From NCBI GenBank assembly GCA_016198755.1, contig JACQIB010000004.1, forward strand, positions 91,192-155,191: a stretch of DNA of 64,000 nucleotides, read 5' to 3'. A program made the position numbers and the translations under genes. A model generated the notes under the pieces. The model saw only the letters and a program-made list of their open reading frames with translations, was not told the DNA's origin and made no database searches. This DNA comes from Candidatus Aenigmatarchaeota archaeon (GTDB taxonomy: Archaea > Aenigmatarchaeota > Aenigmatarchaeia > Aenigmatarchaeales > JACQIB01). This document shows positions 19,590 to 28,237 of this stretch, in pieces (the stretch's first letter is position 1; each line of letters begins with the position of its first letter).

Positions 19590-20773
19590 GCCAGACCTTC
19601 CTCCTTGGCTATAATTTCAGCGACATAATCTATACCATCTATTCCAAACATCTTTAAATCAGTTTCATATGCCTGCATTAGTGAAATACCTCCTTCAGGG
19701 TCTGTTGATGCAGGTTCCCTCTCCAAGCTCCATTCATTGAATGTTATCTCAAAATCCCCATCTGTACATTTTGCAGGGAAAAATCGTTTGCCTGGAGTAT
19801 TCACATAGGCTTCCCATATTGTTCCCCAGCCAGCTCTGCCAGCAGTTCCAAGGCAGGCAGGGTTGCTCATAACAGACTCGGGCAGAATCCTGCCTCCAAT
19901 CTTTCTTGCTGTTTCAGCAAAAGTATCAGGAAAAGCTATATCTATTCCAGTTCTCTTAAAGTCTTCAAGCCTTTTCAGCAGCTCCTGTTCCCCATAACCA
20001 GCCCCGCTCATGTTAGCATATATAAAATTTGGCAACGGTGACAAATCCCTAGGCATCTTACTTTTCAGCGGAGGAGTTTTGACCTCATTCACATGCGGTT
20101 CCCTCCCATTTACAAATGAAAGTGTGTGTATTCTTGGAAGGAAAACCTTCCTGTAAGAATTTGCTCCTCTTGTTTTATCGAAAATAGCTGCTGCTTCCCT
20201 TAATTTTTCTGATGTTACACCAACAGGCAGCTGTATTATGCGCCCTTCATAGCCATTATCAGCAACATCTGCAACCCTTCTTGCAAATTCTGGGAATACA
20301 AAAGAACAAGTGCTGTATGCAGGCAGGCCTGTCGCAAATTGCATCCAAGTCATAAGTTCAAATTTCATGCTTTCGGGCTGTACCACAACCTCTTCTCCAG
20401 TTCCCAAAGAAACTGCTTTAACAGGTTTTTTCAGCTTCTCTTGGAAAGCTTTTTGCGTCTTCTCTCCATCTCTAGTAAGCCTTTCTAAATAATCAGGATA
20501 TCCCTGTTTGTTTTGCATTACAGGTAGAAGATGTTCCCCCAGTTCCCTGCTCATATAAATATTGTCCAATCCAGAAGGCTCAAGCCTCCTTTCCATTATA
20601 CCTTCCTGCGTTCCGGGATAAAATAGCGGAATAAGAACCCCGTACTGCAAGGCTGGATTTTCTTTTCTTGCAATCTCTCCAATTCTCCTACCAATTTCAG
20701 CTCCCACAAGGTATGGAGCATGACCATGACTTGGGCTTAAAACAGCTACAACACTGTCTTTTCCAAATTCCAT
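19586..20773 (-). CDS. Conserved hypothetical protein, possibly a GT-B-fold glycosyltransferase-like protein
   Basis: The C-terminal GTAGRAGWGTIWEAYVNTPGKRFFP resembles the G.GT..EA...G.P..P nucleotide-sugar motif of MurG/GT1 enzymes. The N-terminal LSPSHGHAPYLVG resembles the Gly-rich loop. This is weak, by-eye evidence only. Confidence 0.3.
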   Translation of the reverse strand: MEFGKDSVVAVLSPSHGHAPYLVGAEIGRRIGEIARKENPALQYGVLIPLFYPGTQEGIMERRLEPSGLDNIYMSRELGEHLLPVMQNKQGYPDYLERLTRDGEKTQKAFQEKLKKPVKAVSLGTGEEVVVQPESMKFELMTWMQFATGLPAYSTCSFVFPEFARRVADVADNGYEGRIIQLPVGVTSEKLREAAAIFDKTRGANSYRKVFLPRIHTLSFVNGREPHVNEVKTPPLKSKMPRDLSPLPNFIYANMSGAGYGEQELLKRLEDFKRTGIDIAFPDTFAETARKIGGRILPESVMSNPACLGTAGRAGWGTIWEAYVNTPGKRFFPAKCTDGDFEITFNEWSLEREPASTDPEGGISLMQAYETDLKMFGIDGIDYVAEIIAKEEGLA

Positions 20774-20793
20774 AACAGCATTTTGAAAGAAAT

Positions 20794-21213
20794 CTATTTA
20801 AATGACTTATTATTCGTATTCTCACCAAGCTTTGTTCGCCCTTTAACCCATTCTATAAATTTCATAGCTTCTTTAACCAAATTTTCAGCTACCGCCTTTG
20901 AAACTGACGTTCCCAAATAACCGGCAGTATTTCTCATTTCAAGAGCATCTCTTATGATTTTCCTTCCTGCGCTATCATTTATAATTCTTACCACGTCTGT
21001 GTGGAATTGTATGGCTTCCCTATGGTCTTTTGAAGCCCGCTTTCCCAAAAAGAATATTGTTAACGCATCGTTTGCATTTATAATGGACTGTGTAGCATCA
21101 AACCCAGCTGCATTAAGCCTGTTTTTATTTAAATTATCTGCCGCAGATTCCAAAAATTCTCCGGCTTGTTTCAGGTAATCTGCCGCCTCTTCTTTTTTCA
21201 CTTCTTTAACCAT
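20794..21213 (-). CDS. HEPN-domain protein (toxin-like), module 2
   Basis: The Rx4-6H motif is GKRASKDH. The product is colinear with the module 1 HEPN (INANDA.TI...GKRAS..H.EAI..H). It overlaps the upstream MNT gene by 16 nt. Confidence 0.75.
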   Translation of the reverse strand: MVKEVKKEEAADYLKQAGEFLESAADNLNKNRLNAAGFDATQSIINANDALTIFFLGKRASKDHREAIQFHTDVVRIINDSAGRKIIRDALEMRNTAGYLGTSVSKAVAENLVKEAMKFIEWVKGRTKLGENTNNKSFK

Positions 21214-21788
21214 TCTAAATCACCATATAAAACTTTTCCTTCTTCTGCCAGTTTTACTATAAAGTCATCCATTCTCTTCAACTTTTCTTTATACTCTCCC
21301 TGTTTCATATATGTAACTGAAATAAAAATATCATAACTTTCAATGATCCTTTGGACTTCTTCATAGAGTTTTTTGTCTATAGTTTCTTTGCTCCCTTTGT
21401 AAATTACTAAGATATCAATATCGCTTTTTTCTTTAAATTCCCCCCTAGCTAAAGACCCGAATAAAATCAAGTTTATAATACCTCTTTTATAGACGCTTTT
21501 TGCAAAGCTTTCCGCTATTTTAATTGGTTTTTCCCTTTCTGCCTCAAACAAGCTTTTTAGTTCAGGATAGAAAAAAATACTCTTATTCAGGCAGTATAAC
21601 CTTGATTTGTCATTTAATTTGGTCTTCAAAATCCTGAACTCCACAAGATCTTTAAGTGCAGGATGGACAGTTCCATAAGAGAGGTTAGAATATTTGGCTA
21701 TATCCTCAAAGCGCATATATTTATCTATTTCCATCATTGTGCGCAAAACTCGTATTTTTGTTTTGGATGCTATAGCTTCTTCCAGCAT
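21198..21788 (-). CDS. wHTH-fused minimal nucleotidyltransferase (MNT antitoxin-like), module 2
   Basis: The N-terminal wHTH is SKTKIRVLRTMM ... FEDIAKYSNLSYGTVHPALKDLVEFRIL. The NTase motif is FGSLARGEFKEKSDIDILVI. Confidence 0.8.
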   Translation of the reverse strand: MLEEAIASKTKIRVLRTMMEIDKYMRFEDIAKYSNLSYGTVHPALKDLVEFRILKTKLNDKSRLYCLNKSIFFYPELKSLFEAEREKPIKIAESFAKSVYKRGIINLILFGSLARGEFKEKSDIDILVIYKGSKETIDKKLYEEVQRIIESYDIFISVTYMKQGEYKEKLKRMDDFIVKLAEEGKVLYGDLEWLKK

Positions 21789-21820
21789 ACTAATTATTAC
21801 ACAAAAGTTCTATTTAAATC

Positions 21821-21856
21821 TATCTATTTTTAGATATTTTTATCTAAATTTAGATA
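21821..21856. promoter_or_regulatory. Two 16-bp inverted repeats (TATCTA-N4-TAGATA) 20 bp apart, upstream of the module 2 promoter
   Basis: The sequence reads tatctatttt tagatatttt tatctaaatt tagata. IR1 is 21821-21836. IR2 is 21841-21856 and is a perfect 16-bp palindrome. The TATA box at 21812-21819 is centred about 27 nt upstream of the start at 21788. Confidence 0.55.
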
Positions 21857-22180
21857 TTATTCGTATTCCCGCCAGACATGGTTGCATTTTACGCAGCGGT
21901 AGAATCTTGTTGGGGGCTCGTCAGCACTTCTTGTTTGCTGCATCCACCAGAAAGCTTCTTCTGACTCACACTTCGGGCATTGTATTTTTGTTTTAGGCAT
22001 CAATTCAATTTGCGCTTTCTTTTCAACAACAACAACCTGCTCCTGCTTCTTTATTCCTCTGGATCCTATCTTAAACTCCCCGCGGGAAACTTTTGCATAG
22101 CTTTTCTTTCCACAATTCCTGCAAACTAATGCAGAGCCCTGTGGCAACATTGATCCCCCACATTTATCACAGAATTCCAT
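21857..22180 (-). CDS. tfs: Transcription factor S (TFIIS-like cleavage factor / RpoM paralog)
   Basis: The N-terminal Zn ribbon is CDKCGG...CRNCG. The C-terminal TFIIS-type ribbon is CPKC......WWMQQTRSADEPPTRFYRCVKCNHVWREY and contains the acidic DE hairpin. Confidence 0.9.
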   Translation of the reverse strand: MEFCDKCGGSMLPQGSALVCRNCGKKSYAKVSRGEFKIGSRGIKKQEQVVVVEKKAQIELMPKTKIQCPKCESEEAFWWMQQTRSADEPPTRFYRCVKCNHVWREYE

Positions 22181-22224
22181 TTTAACCCTCTTTTGTGCGA
22201 AAACAGAGTTATTTCCCTTTCTAT

Positions 22225-23385
22225 TTAAAGCTTTAGAATATGCGGCAATTTGTTAAGCCTGCGGAGTTTTCCCTTCCAAATTGCCACAAGGTCTTCAATC
22301 CTGATTCCAAACTTCCCTGGAAAATACAATCCAGGTTCGATGCTGAAAACCTGCCCGTTTTTCAGAATATCAGTGCTCAGATGGGAAATTGCAGGGCTTT
22401 CATGCACATAAAGTCCAATCCCATGCCCTGTGCTGTGTAAAAATCCATCCTTTGCTTTTTCATTTTTCCTCATAGTTTGATACCCATTATTTTCCAGAAC
22501 TTCGCAAACAGCAATATCCACTGCTTTCGCTTCCCCACCAATTTCCACAGCGTTGTATCCGGCTTCCATTGCTCTTTGAACAGCAGAAAACGCTTCTTTT
22601 ATCTCTTGAGAACAACTGCCTAAAAGCAAAGTCCGCGTGCAGTCTCCCCAGTATCCTCTCCGGCTGCGCGGGTAAATATCCAGCACCAAAGGGGAATTCT
22701 GCTGGATTTTTTCTTTTGGTTCTCCCTGATAGTGTGGGTCAGCTGCTTTTGTTCCTGTAGAAACAATAAATCCTTCAGGAAAATCCATGCCAAGTTTTTC
22801 AGCTTCCACACGCATCACACCCTTTATTTTGCCAATATTTTTCCCGGGCTTTGCAACCTTTGCACCAGCAAGAATAATGCTTTCTGTGGAGTGCTGTGAA
22901 AATTCAATTGCAGCAATTTCATTTCCACTTTTGGTTTCTCTTGCATCAGAGAGAGCTTCAGTTGATTCAGATATTTTAAACTGCAGGCGGGAAGCAAGAC
23001 CCCAAGGGAATGATTTTGGCAGTCCCACATTTTTTGCTCCAGCCCTTTTAACCAAAGCAGTTGCTGTTTCTGCCAAAGCAAGACTGGAAGCTTCAGAACG
23101 TTTCAAGCCTTTTTTCAGGAAATTTTTATAGAAAGAAAAATAACCCAGCTGCTCAAAAGTCAGTATTTTACAGTTTCTATAACACTCTTTTTTTGCTCTG
23201 CCAGCCTCAAACCCACCCACAACTAACCATGGATTTTTGGAGAATAAAGCCAGAACAGGATCTGGAGTTGAGAATCCTGTTAAGAATCTTATGTTTTCAT
23301 CCTTCCCGTATAGCAGGATAGAATCAATTTTTTCCGCAGACAAAAGTTTTGGAAGATCTGAAAGCATGCAAGAAATTGTACGCAC
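22225..23385 (-). CDS. M24-family Xaa-Pro peptidase
   Basis: The metal-ligand contexts are DIYPR...GYWGDCTRT, HSTGHGIGLYVHESP, SIEPGLY and IRIEDLV. Confidence 0.8.
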   Translation of the reverse strand: MRTISCMLSDLPKLLSAEKIDSILLYGKDENIRFLTGFSTPDPVLALFSKNPWLVVGGFEAGRAKKECYRNCKILTFEQLGYFSFYKNFLKKGLKRSEASSLALAETATALVKRAGAKNVGLPKSFPWGLASRLQFKISESTEALSDARETKSGNEIAAIEFSQHSTESIILAGAKVAKPGKNIGKIKGVMRVEAEKLGMDFPEGFIVSTGTKAADPHYQGEPKEKIQQNSPLVLDIYPRSRRGYWGDCTRTLLLGSCSQEIKEAFSAVQRAMEAGYNAVEIGGEAKAVDIAVCEVLENNGYQTMRKNEKAKDGFLHSTGHGIGLYVHESPAISHLSTDILKNGQVFSIEPGLYFPGKFGIRIEDLVAIWKGKLRRLNKLPHILKL

Positions 23386-23411
23386 CAGAATAAAAGCTTG
23401 TCTCAGGCTTT

Positions 23412-23876
23412 CTATTCTTTTGCAAGCCCAAGCGCTTCAAAAACCCCCACTTTTACCCAACCTAAGTAAGGAATTTCAAAAATAGCCTTTCCATGTATTT
23501 GCGATGCTCTTATATTGTGTTCAAAATTCCCCTGCACAGAATTTGCATCCCCTTTTGTTTCATATGTTCCATCAGGATTAATTGCTATTACCCTGTGTAT
23601 TATTGGATATCTGTAACCTCCGGTGGAAGCATCAAAAACAACAATATCCCCAATAGAAAGTCCGCTTGGGCTGGACACTATAACCATATCCCCTTTGGAA
23701 AACTCAGGAACCATGCTGTTTGAGAAAACAGCAACAACTGGAGTATCTGTATGCAGGGCAAACCCAAGTCCCCAGTTAACTCCAATTGCAATTGCAAACC
23801 CTAAAACAATGTAGAAACCAGTTCCAAAAAGGCTGTTTCTCTCGTTTACTTTAGCCCAAAACTCCCGCAGATTCAT
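23412..23876 (-). CDS. Signal peptidase I, archaeal/ER (Sec11/SipW) type
   Basis: An N-terminal TM is followed by the Ser box FSNSMVPEFSKGDMVIV, then the His box IIHRVI, then TKGDAN. I chose the start at the internal Met (MNLREFWAK) because the divergent promoter TTTATATATA (23931-23940) lies inside the longer ORF. Confidence 0.75.
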   Translation of the reverse strand: MNLREFWAKVNERNSLFGTGFYIVLGFAIAIGVNWGLGFALHTDTPVVAVFSNSMVPEFSKGDMVIVSSPSGLSIGDIVVFDASTGGYRYPIIHRVIAINPDGTYETKGDANSVQGNFEHNIRASQIHGKAIFEIPYLGWVKVGVFEALGLAKE

Positions 23877-23960
23877 AATTAAACACTCTTCCGCAGCCTT
23901 TTTAAGTATATTGGTTTCTCCTACTCTAACTTTATATATAGGCCTGACAATAAAATATTC

Positions 23961-26060
23961 ATGCAACTTAAACTACCTCTGCTCTCTGCTATATTCTTCC
24001 TTATTTTCCTGTTGCCAATAGCATTTGCACACAACAGTGTTGACCAGAAAACATTGGACGATTTTGTGAGCCAGTATAATTCTTTCTATGAGAAAAACCC
24101 AAGTATTCTAAAAAGCCTTCTGGGTACTGAAACAATAAAGGTTTCTTTAACTCTTGCAGACGGAGATGTTGCAATTTTCGGTGTAAAAACAGTAGACGGA
24201 AAAATAACAGAATCCAGTCCAACAGCCTATTCCGGTTCCACTCTTGCAATATCCTTCTCAGAAAACACTTTAACAAGAATAGGAAACAGCGAGAATCCTG
24301 TTTCAGAATTCCAGAAAGCTTGGGGCACTGAAATAAAAATCCAGGGTCTCTCTATTGGAAACATAATCAAGTTCTTTTTCATAAACCTACTCCTTTCTAT
24401 TCTAAAATTCTTTTCCGCAGCACCTGCAACAACTCAGATAGGAGTTCAGGGAAGTGCCTTTAACTATGTTATAACACCTCCAGCAGCAGTTTCAAAACCC
24501 CGATTTCCCTATATTATGATGGGCGATTATCCTGCAAGCGAGGATATAGGTTCCTGCGGTTTCACTGTAAACGGAACCTATTATGGATATACAGTAATCC
24601 CTGAAATGAGCTTTACTCTAAAAAAGGATGATGGAAGCTGGTGCAAAACATCCCCTGTAAATATGTGCCTGCATAACATACGTGGCACAAGCCGTCCAAT
24701 TTTCAAGATAGAAAATGCACCCAAAAGTGGCATTTATTATTTGTCTATTAATCTTCCACAAGGCTGGGGAATGGCTCCTGACAACAGGATAATTGCCGCA
24801 GGCGGGGAAGTCAGCACAACAAACAACAAGTCCACACTCAAAGTTATTTTATCCCCCTCCAAAGAACCCCCATACACTTTCTTTGCAATTAAACAGGGCC
24901 AGCCCACTCCAGCCCCAGTTTTGTGCGATGGTGTTACAACCTCCACTGTACCCACAACAATACCTACCACAACCACTACTGTACCTACAACAACTACAAC
25001 AATAGACTTTTCAACAACTACTATTGTTGGCTCTCCTGATATGACTTTAAACAACAACGACGTTACAAACAGCACATATATAATAAATAATACGCCCACA
25101 CGACGCTGGCCTCAAACTATTTTCCACATATTCAATGTTACAGTAAGAAACATTGGCACAGTCGCCACTGGGCAATTCGATGTTCTTATGCAACCGTACA
25201 ATATAACCAACCCAGCCGTTTACACATTCCACAACCCAGCAGAACCAGACTACAATAATTATAGAGTAAACAACATTCCAGCAGGCGATAAATTCACAAT
25301 AACAGTTAATGCTACTTTAACCGCGAGAAATGGCACTTTCGATCCTTTAACAAACTACCATCCAGCAGTATATTGCATCCCGCTTAATATAACAGTAGAC
25401 AAGCCAAACGTGGTTATAGAATCTAATGAAAATAACAACTTCCTGTCTACAATAGTTTATAATAATTCTGTTGCATTCCCGCATTTCACACCTTGTACCA
25501 CTTCCACCCCACCCCCAACAACCACTTCCACTACAACATCCACGACCACAACGACCACAACAACCACCACAACTACAACCCTAGGGATGGCTGATCTGAA
25601 CGTTACAAACGCAACTCTCGTATACCTGTACTACTATAGTGGTGCATCAACACCGTACCCCAACACAAATCCGTATAACGGCTTCTATAAAATAAGAGCC
25701 AATATCAAAAACCTAGGAAATGGGGATGCAGGCCCATTTTGGGTCAATGCTACATTATACGATGGTACTTCGGGCTTTCCAGATACATATGACAATCTTT
25801 ACAACATGACACAGATATATGTTAGCGGCTTGGCAGCAGGGCAGACCACGACTATAGAATTCTTATATTTCAATACAACGAAATTCAATGGACCTCTAGA
25901 TCCCGTTGGCAATAGGTATACTCAGGTGAGTGTCATGATAAATCCAGACTACCTAAATAACGTACCGGAGAGCAACGAAAACAACAAGAAATATATAGTT
26001 TCAGTCGGTAATAGGTTCTATGAGGGAATAAACACAATAGTTTACAGGTTTCCAAGCTAA
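23961..26060 (+). CDS. Secreted surface protein with Thr-rich linkers and two CARDB-like domains
   Basis: The signal peptide is MQLKLPLLSAIFFLIFLLPIAFA. Two poly-Thr linkers are present (TTIPTTTTTVPTTTTT and TTTSTTTSTTTTTTTTTTTTT). Each precedes a beta-sandwich-like segment ending in the CARDB-type motif ESNENNN / ESNENNKK. Confidence 0.6.
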   Translation: MQLKLPLLSAIFFLIFLLPIAFAHNSVDQKTLDDFVSQYNSFYEKNPSILKSLLGTETIKVSLTLADGDVAIFGVKTVDGKITESSPTAYSGSTLAISFSENTLTRIGNSENPVSEFQKAWGTEIKIQGLSIGNIIKFFFINLLLSILKFFSAAPATTQIGVQGSAFNYVITPPAAVSKPRFPYIMMGDYPASEDIGSCGFTVNGTYYGYTVIPEMSFTLKKDDGSWCKTSPVNMCLHNIRGTSRPIFKIENAPKSGIYYLSINLPQGWGMAPDNRIIAAGGEVSTTNNKSTLKVILSPSKEPPYTFFAIKQGQPTPAPVLCDGVTTSTVPTTIPTTTTTVPTTTTTIDFSTTTIVGSPDMTLNNNDVTNSTYIINNTPTRRWPQTIFHIFNVTVRNIGTVATGQFDVLMQPYNITNPAVYTFHNPAEPDYNNYRVNNIPAGDKFTITVNATLTARNGTFDPLTNYHPAVYCIPLNITVDKPNVVIESNENNNFLSTIVYNNSVAFPHFTPCTTSTPPPTTTSTTTSTTTTTTTTTTTTTLGMADLNVTNATLVYLYYYSGASTPYPNTNPYNGFYKIRANIKNLGNGDAGPFWVNATLYDGTSGFPDTYDNLYNMTQIYVSGLAAGQTTTIEFLYFNTTKFNGPLDPVGNRYTQVSVMINPDYLNNVPESNENNKKYIVSVGNRFYEGINTIVYRFPS

Positions 26061-26313
26061 ATTTCAATAATTTTCCTACTTTTTCTTAAAACCTGCCCCA
26101 GCTGTAGGTCTATATAATGTTCATGTTAAAGCCGGATTTGTACAAGGCAGTTGCAGCAATTTAGGCTTTTCTGGGCGAGGCATACATGTAGAAACATCTG
26201 TAAAACCACGCTCAAAATCTAATCCTGCAACTAAAAAAGACCTGCATAGATTTATGATGACTGCAGCTGTGCCTGGAATGAAAACTCCCATATAGATAGT
26301 GGAAGAAAATGGC

Positions 26314-26580
26314 TTAGCGTTGCAGAGCTTTCTTGAAGGCAGCTTCCAGCTCATCGCACTTTTCTTCTATTGCAACAGCAGACTTCTCCAAAAGCTTTCT
26401 TGGGTTGGATCCTTTCACAAGCAATCTAGTCTCAGCCATGAATGGATGTTCTTTCAAAGCAGCAGCTTCCCCCCCTTCTATCCAAACCTGCTTAGATACC
26501 AAAGAAGCCAAAGTCATGCCCTCATCTTTCATTTCAATCTTCAGTTTATCTTTCTGGTCCTCAAGAACTTCTATGTTCAT
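26314..26580 (-). CDS. rpoL: DNA-directed RNA polymerase subunit L (Rpb11 homolog)
   Basis: The 88-aa product has the pattern KLKIEMKDEGMTLASLV ... KEHPFMAETRLLVKGSNPRKLLEKS, parallel to archaeal RpoL (EGEDHTLGNL ... HPL......I.T.G..P...L). Confidence 0.6.
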   Translation of the reverse strand: MNIEVLEDQKDKLKIEMKDEGMTLASLVSKQVWIEGGEAAALKEHPFMAETRLLVKGSNPRKLLEKSAVAIEEKCDELEAAFKKALQR

Positions 26581-26660
26581 GCACTCAGTTATATGGAAAG
26601 ACTATTTAAAGCTTTTAGGGGGTGTGCAATGCTTAAATTATAGTAAATATCAAATCCACC

Positions 26661-27167
26661 ATGCTTTGGGAAATTTTTCAAGCGTTTTTAGTGCTCGTAA
26701 TTGTTCTAGTTGCTGGTCATTTAATAGACTACAGGGTTTTAAAACCTCTTCACAGAAAAGAAAGAAAATGGGGGCTAAATATATCCTGCTGTGACACTGA
26801 TGGGGGAGGAATAAACGCGGATGTTGTAGAAAGGGATATTCCAAATTTTGTTCTCATAAAGGATATTTACAAACTGCCTTTCAAAAACAAGCAGTTTGAT
26901 ACTGTTTTATGTTCCCATACAATAGAGCATGTAAAAGAGCCTGAGAGGTTTTATAAAGAGCTTCAAAGGGTTGGAAAGAGTGTTACCATACTTATCCCGC
27001 CGATATGGGACATGTTAGGCAGTTTTCTTGATTTTATAGAACACCGCTGGCTGTTTTTGACATTTAAAACCAGACATGATAATGAGCTGCCCAAAAGTAT
27101 AAAACTCCCATATTGGAGCTTTATATCTTGGTTGCAGGAAAAAACATATGGAAAGGTATTGCCGTAA
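26661..27167 (+). CDS. Membrane-anchored methyltransferase-like protein (degenerate SAM motif I)
   Basis: The N-terminal TM is WEIFQAFLVLVIVLVAG. The Methyltransf_11-like core is LPFKNKQFDTVLCSHTIEHVKEPERFYKELQRVGKSV. Motif I is degenerate (LNISCCDTDGG). Confidence 0.4.
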   Translation: MLWEIFQAFLVLVIVLVAGHLIDYRVLKPLHRKERKWGLNISCCDTDGGGINADVVERDIPNFVLIKDIYKLPFKNKQFDTVLCSHTIEHVKEPERFYKELQRVGKSVTILIPPIWDMLGSFLDFIEHRWLFLTFKTRHDNELPKSIKLPYWSFISWLQEKTYGKVLP

Positions 27168-27186
27168 AAATATTTCGGGTGTATTC

Positions 27187-27816
27187 ATGGTAGAAAAGTT
27201 TGGCAGGGACTATTATTACGGAAGGAAAAAATCCAATTATTCTAACTATGAGACAATTGATTTTCCTAGGCAATTCAAAGCTATACTGGAATTTATGCGC
27301 AAAACAGGAGCTAAAAGGTTTCTGGATGTAGGTTGTGCATTTGGCTATCTTGTAAACCTTGCGTTACCGTATGTGAAAGAGGCACATGGATGCGATGCTT
27401 CACACTTTGCAGTCAAAAAAGCAAAGTCCATGTTTCCTAGGGGCAAATTCAAAGTTTCAAACTTGGAAAAAGATTTATCCTATCCGAATGAATATTTTGA
27501 TGTTATAACTGCTTTGGATATTCTGGAACACACAAAATCCATAAAGGAATCCATGAAAAATATAATAAAAAAATTAAGGCCTGGCGGATATCTTATAATA
27601 TCCCTTCCATTCAACGGAAAGTTGAGGCTTATAATGAAGCACATAGACAAAGACGTTACACATATATCTGTTATACCGGAGAAAGAGCTTTTGGAAATCA
27701 TATCATCCTGCGGATTGGACGTTGTTAAGAAGCTGTATTTTTTGCCTGTTCCATATTTTACAAAGATATACGGCATACCTGCTGAAATAGAGTTGTATCT
27801 GAGAAAACCTTATTGA
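27187..27816 (+). CDS. Class I SAM-dependent methyltransferase
   Basis: Motif I is FLDVGCAFGYL, the post-I/II region FDVITALDILEHT, and LRPGGYLIISLP follows. I chose the start at the internal Met so the gene does not overlap the upstream gene. Confidence 0.7.
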   Translation: MVEKFGRDYYYGRKKSNYSNYETIDFPRQFKAILEFMRKTGAKRFLDVGCAFGYLVNLALPYVKEAHGCDASHFAVKKAKSMFPRGKFKVSNLEKDLSYPNEYFDVITALDILEHTKSIKESMKNIIKKLRPGGYLIISLPFNGKLRLIMKHIDKDVTHISVIPEKELLEIISSCGLDVVKKLYFLPVPYFTKIYGIPAEIELYLRKPY

Positions 27817-27835
27817 AGAGCTTCCATAGGTTTTC

Positions 27836-28237
27836 TCATGTCCTGCTGATAGTCTCTTCTGCAAAACTTAACAGCCTCTCAGCATGCTTTACAGCTGCTT
27901 CTGCATCTTTTTGCACAGCTAATCTTTCTCCATATTCTGCAGAAGTCTTCACGCTTAGCAAAGAAGATAAATGGCGGGCCGCTTTTTTAATATCTTCATT
28001 TTGCGGTTCTATGCTTATTAGCAGCGCTATAGAGTCAGTATGAGTTTCACCAGCATTTCTTATGCCTTTTTTGAACACACAAATAGCATCTGCCGCAGAA
28101 ATTGAAGCATGAATAGAATTTATAACAGCAGCATCCCAATCGCCCGTTTCCAATGCTCTTATAGCGGCATTTTTACATTGTCGAGCCTTTATCAAATAGT
28201 TGCCTGCAAAAGACCTGTCCACGTTTCTTGTTTTCAT
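27836..28237 (-). CDS. HEPN-domain protein (toxin-like), module 3
   Basis: The Rx4-6H motif is IRNAGETH. The product is all-helical and 133 aa long. It overlaps the upstream MNT gene by 4 nt (ATGA). Confidence 0.7.
   Translation of the reverse strand: MKTRNVDRSFAGNYLIKARQCKNAAIRALETGDWDAAVINSIHASISAADAICVFKKGIRNAGETHTDSIALLISIEPQNEDIKKAARHLSSLLSVKTSAEYGERLAVQKDAEAAVKHAERLLSFAEETISRT

Noticed and set aside
24935-25580. The (ACN)n tracts look like microsatellites.
   Set aside because: They are in frame and encode poly-Thr linkers of a secreted protein. I treat them as coding low complexity rather than a separate repeat element.
26121-26354. A 77-aa minus-strand ORF lies downstream of rpoL.
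   Set aside because: Its 5' end overlaps the rpoL 3' end. It has no recognisable motif or promoter. It could be a real small gene of about 56 aa from the internal Met, but I cannot support that.
26299-26794. Plus-strand ORFs of 114 and 153 aa overlap rpoL.
   Set aside because: They are antisense to the RpoL-like gene. The downstream methyltransferase-like gene has its own TATA and ATG at 26661.
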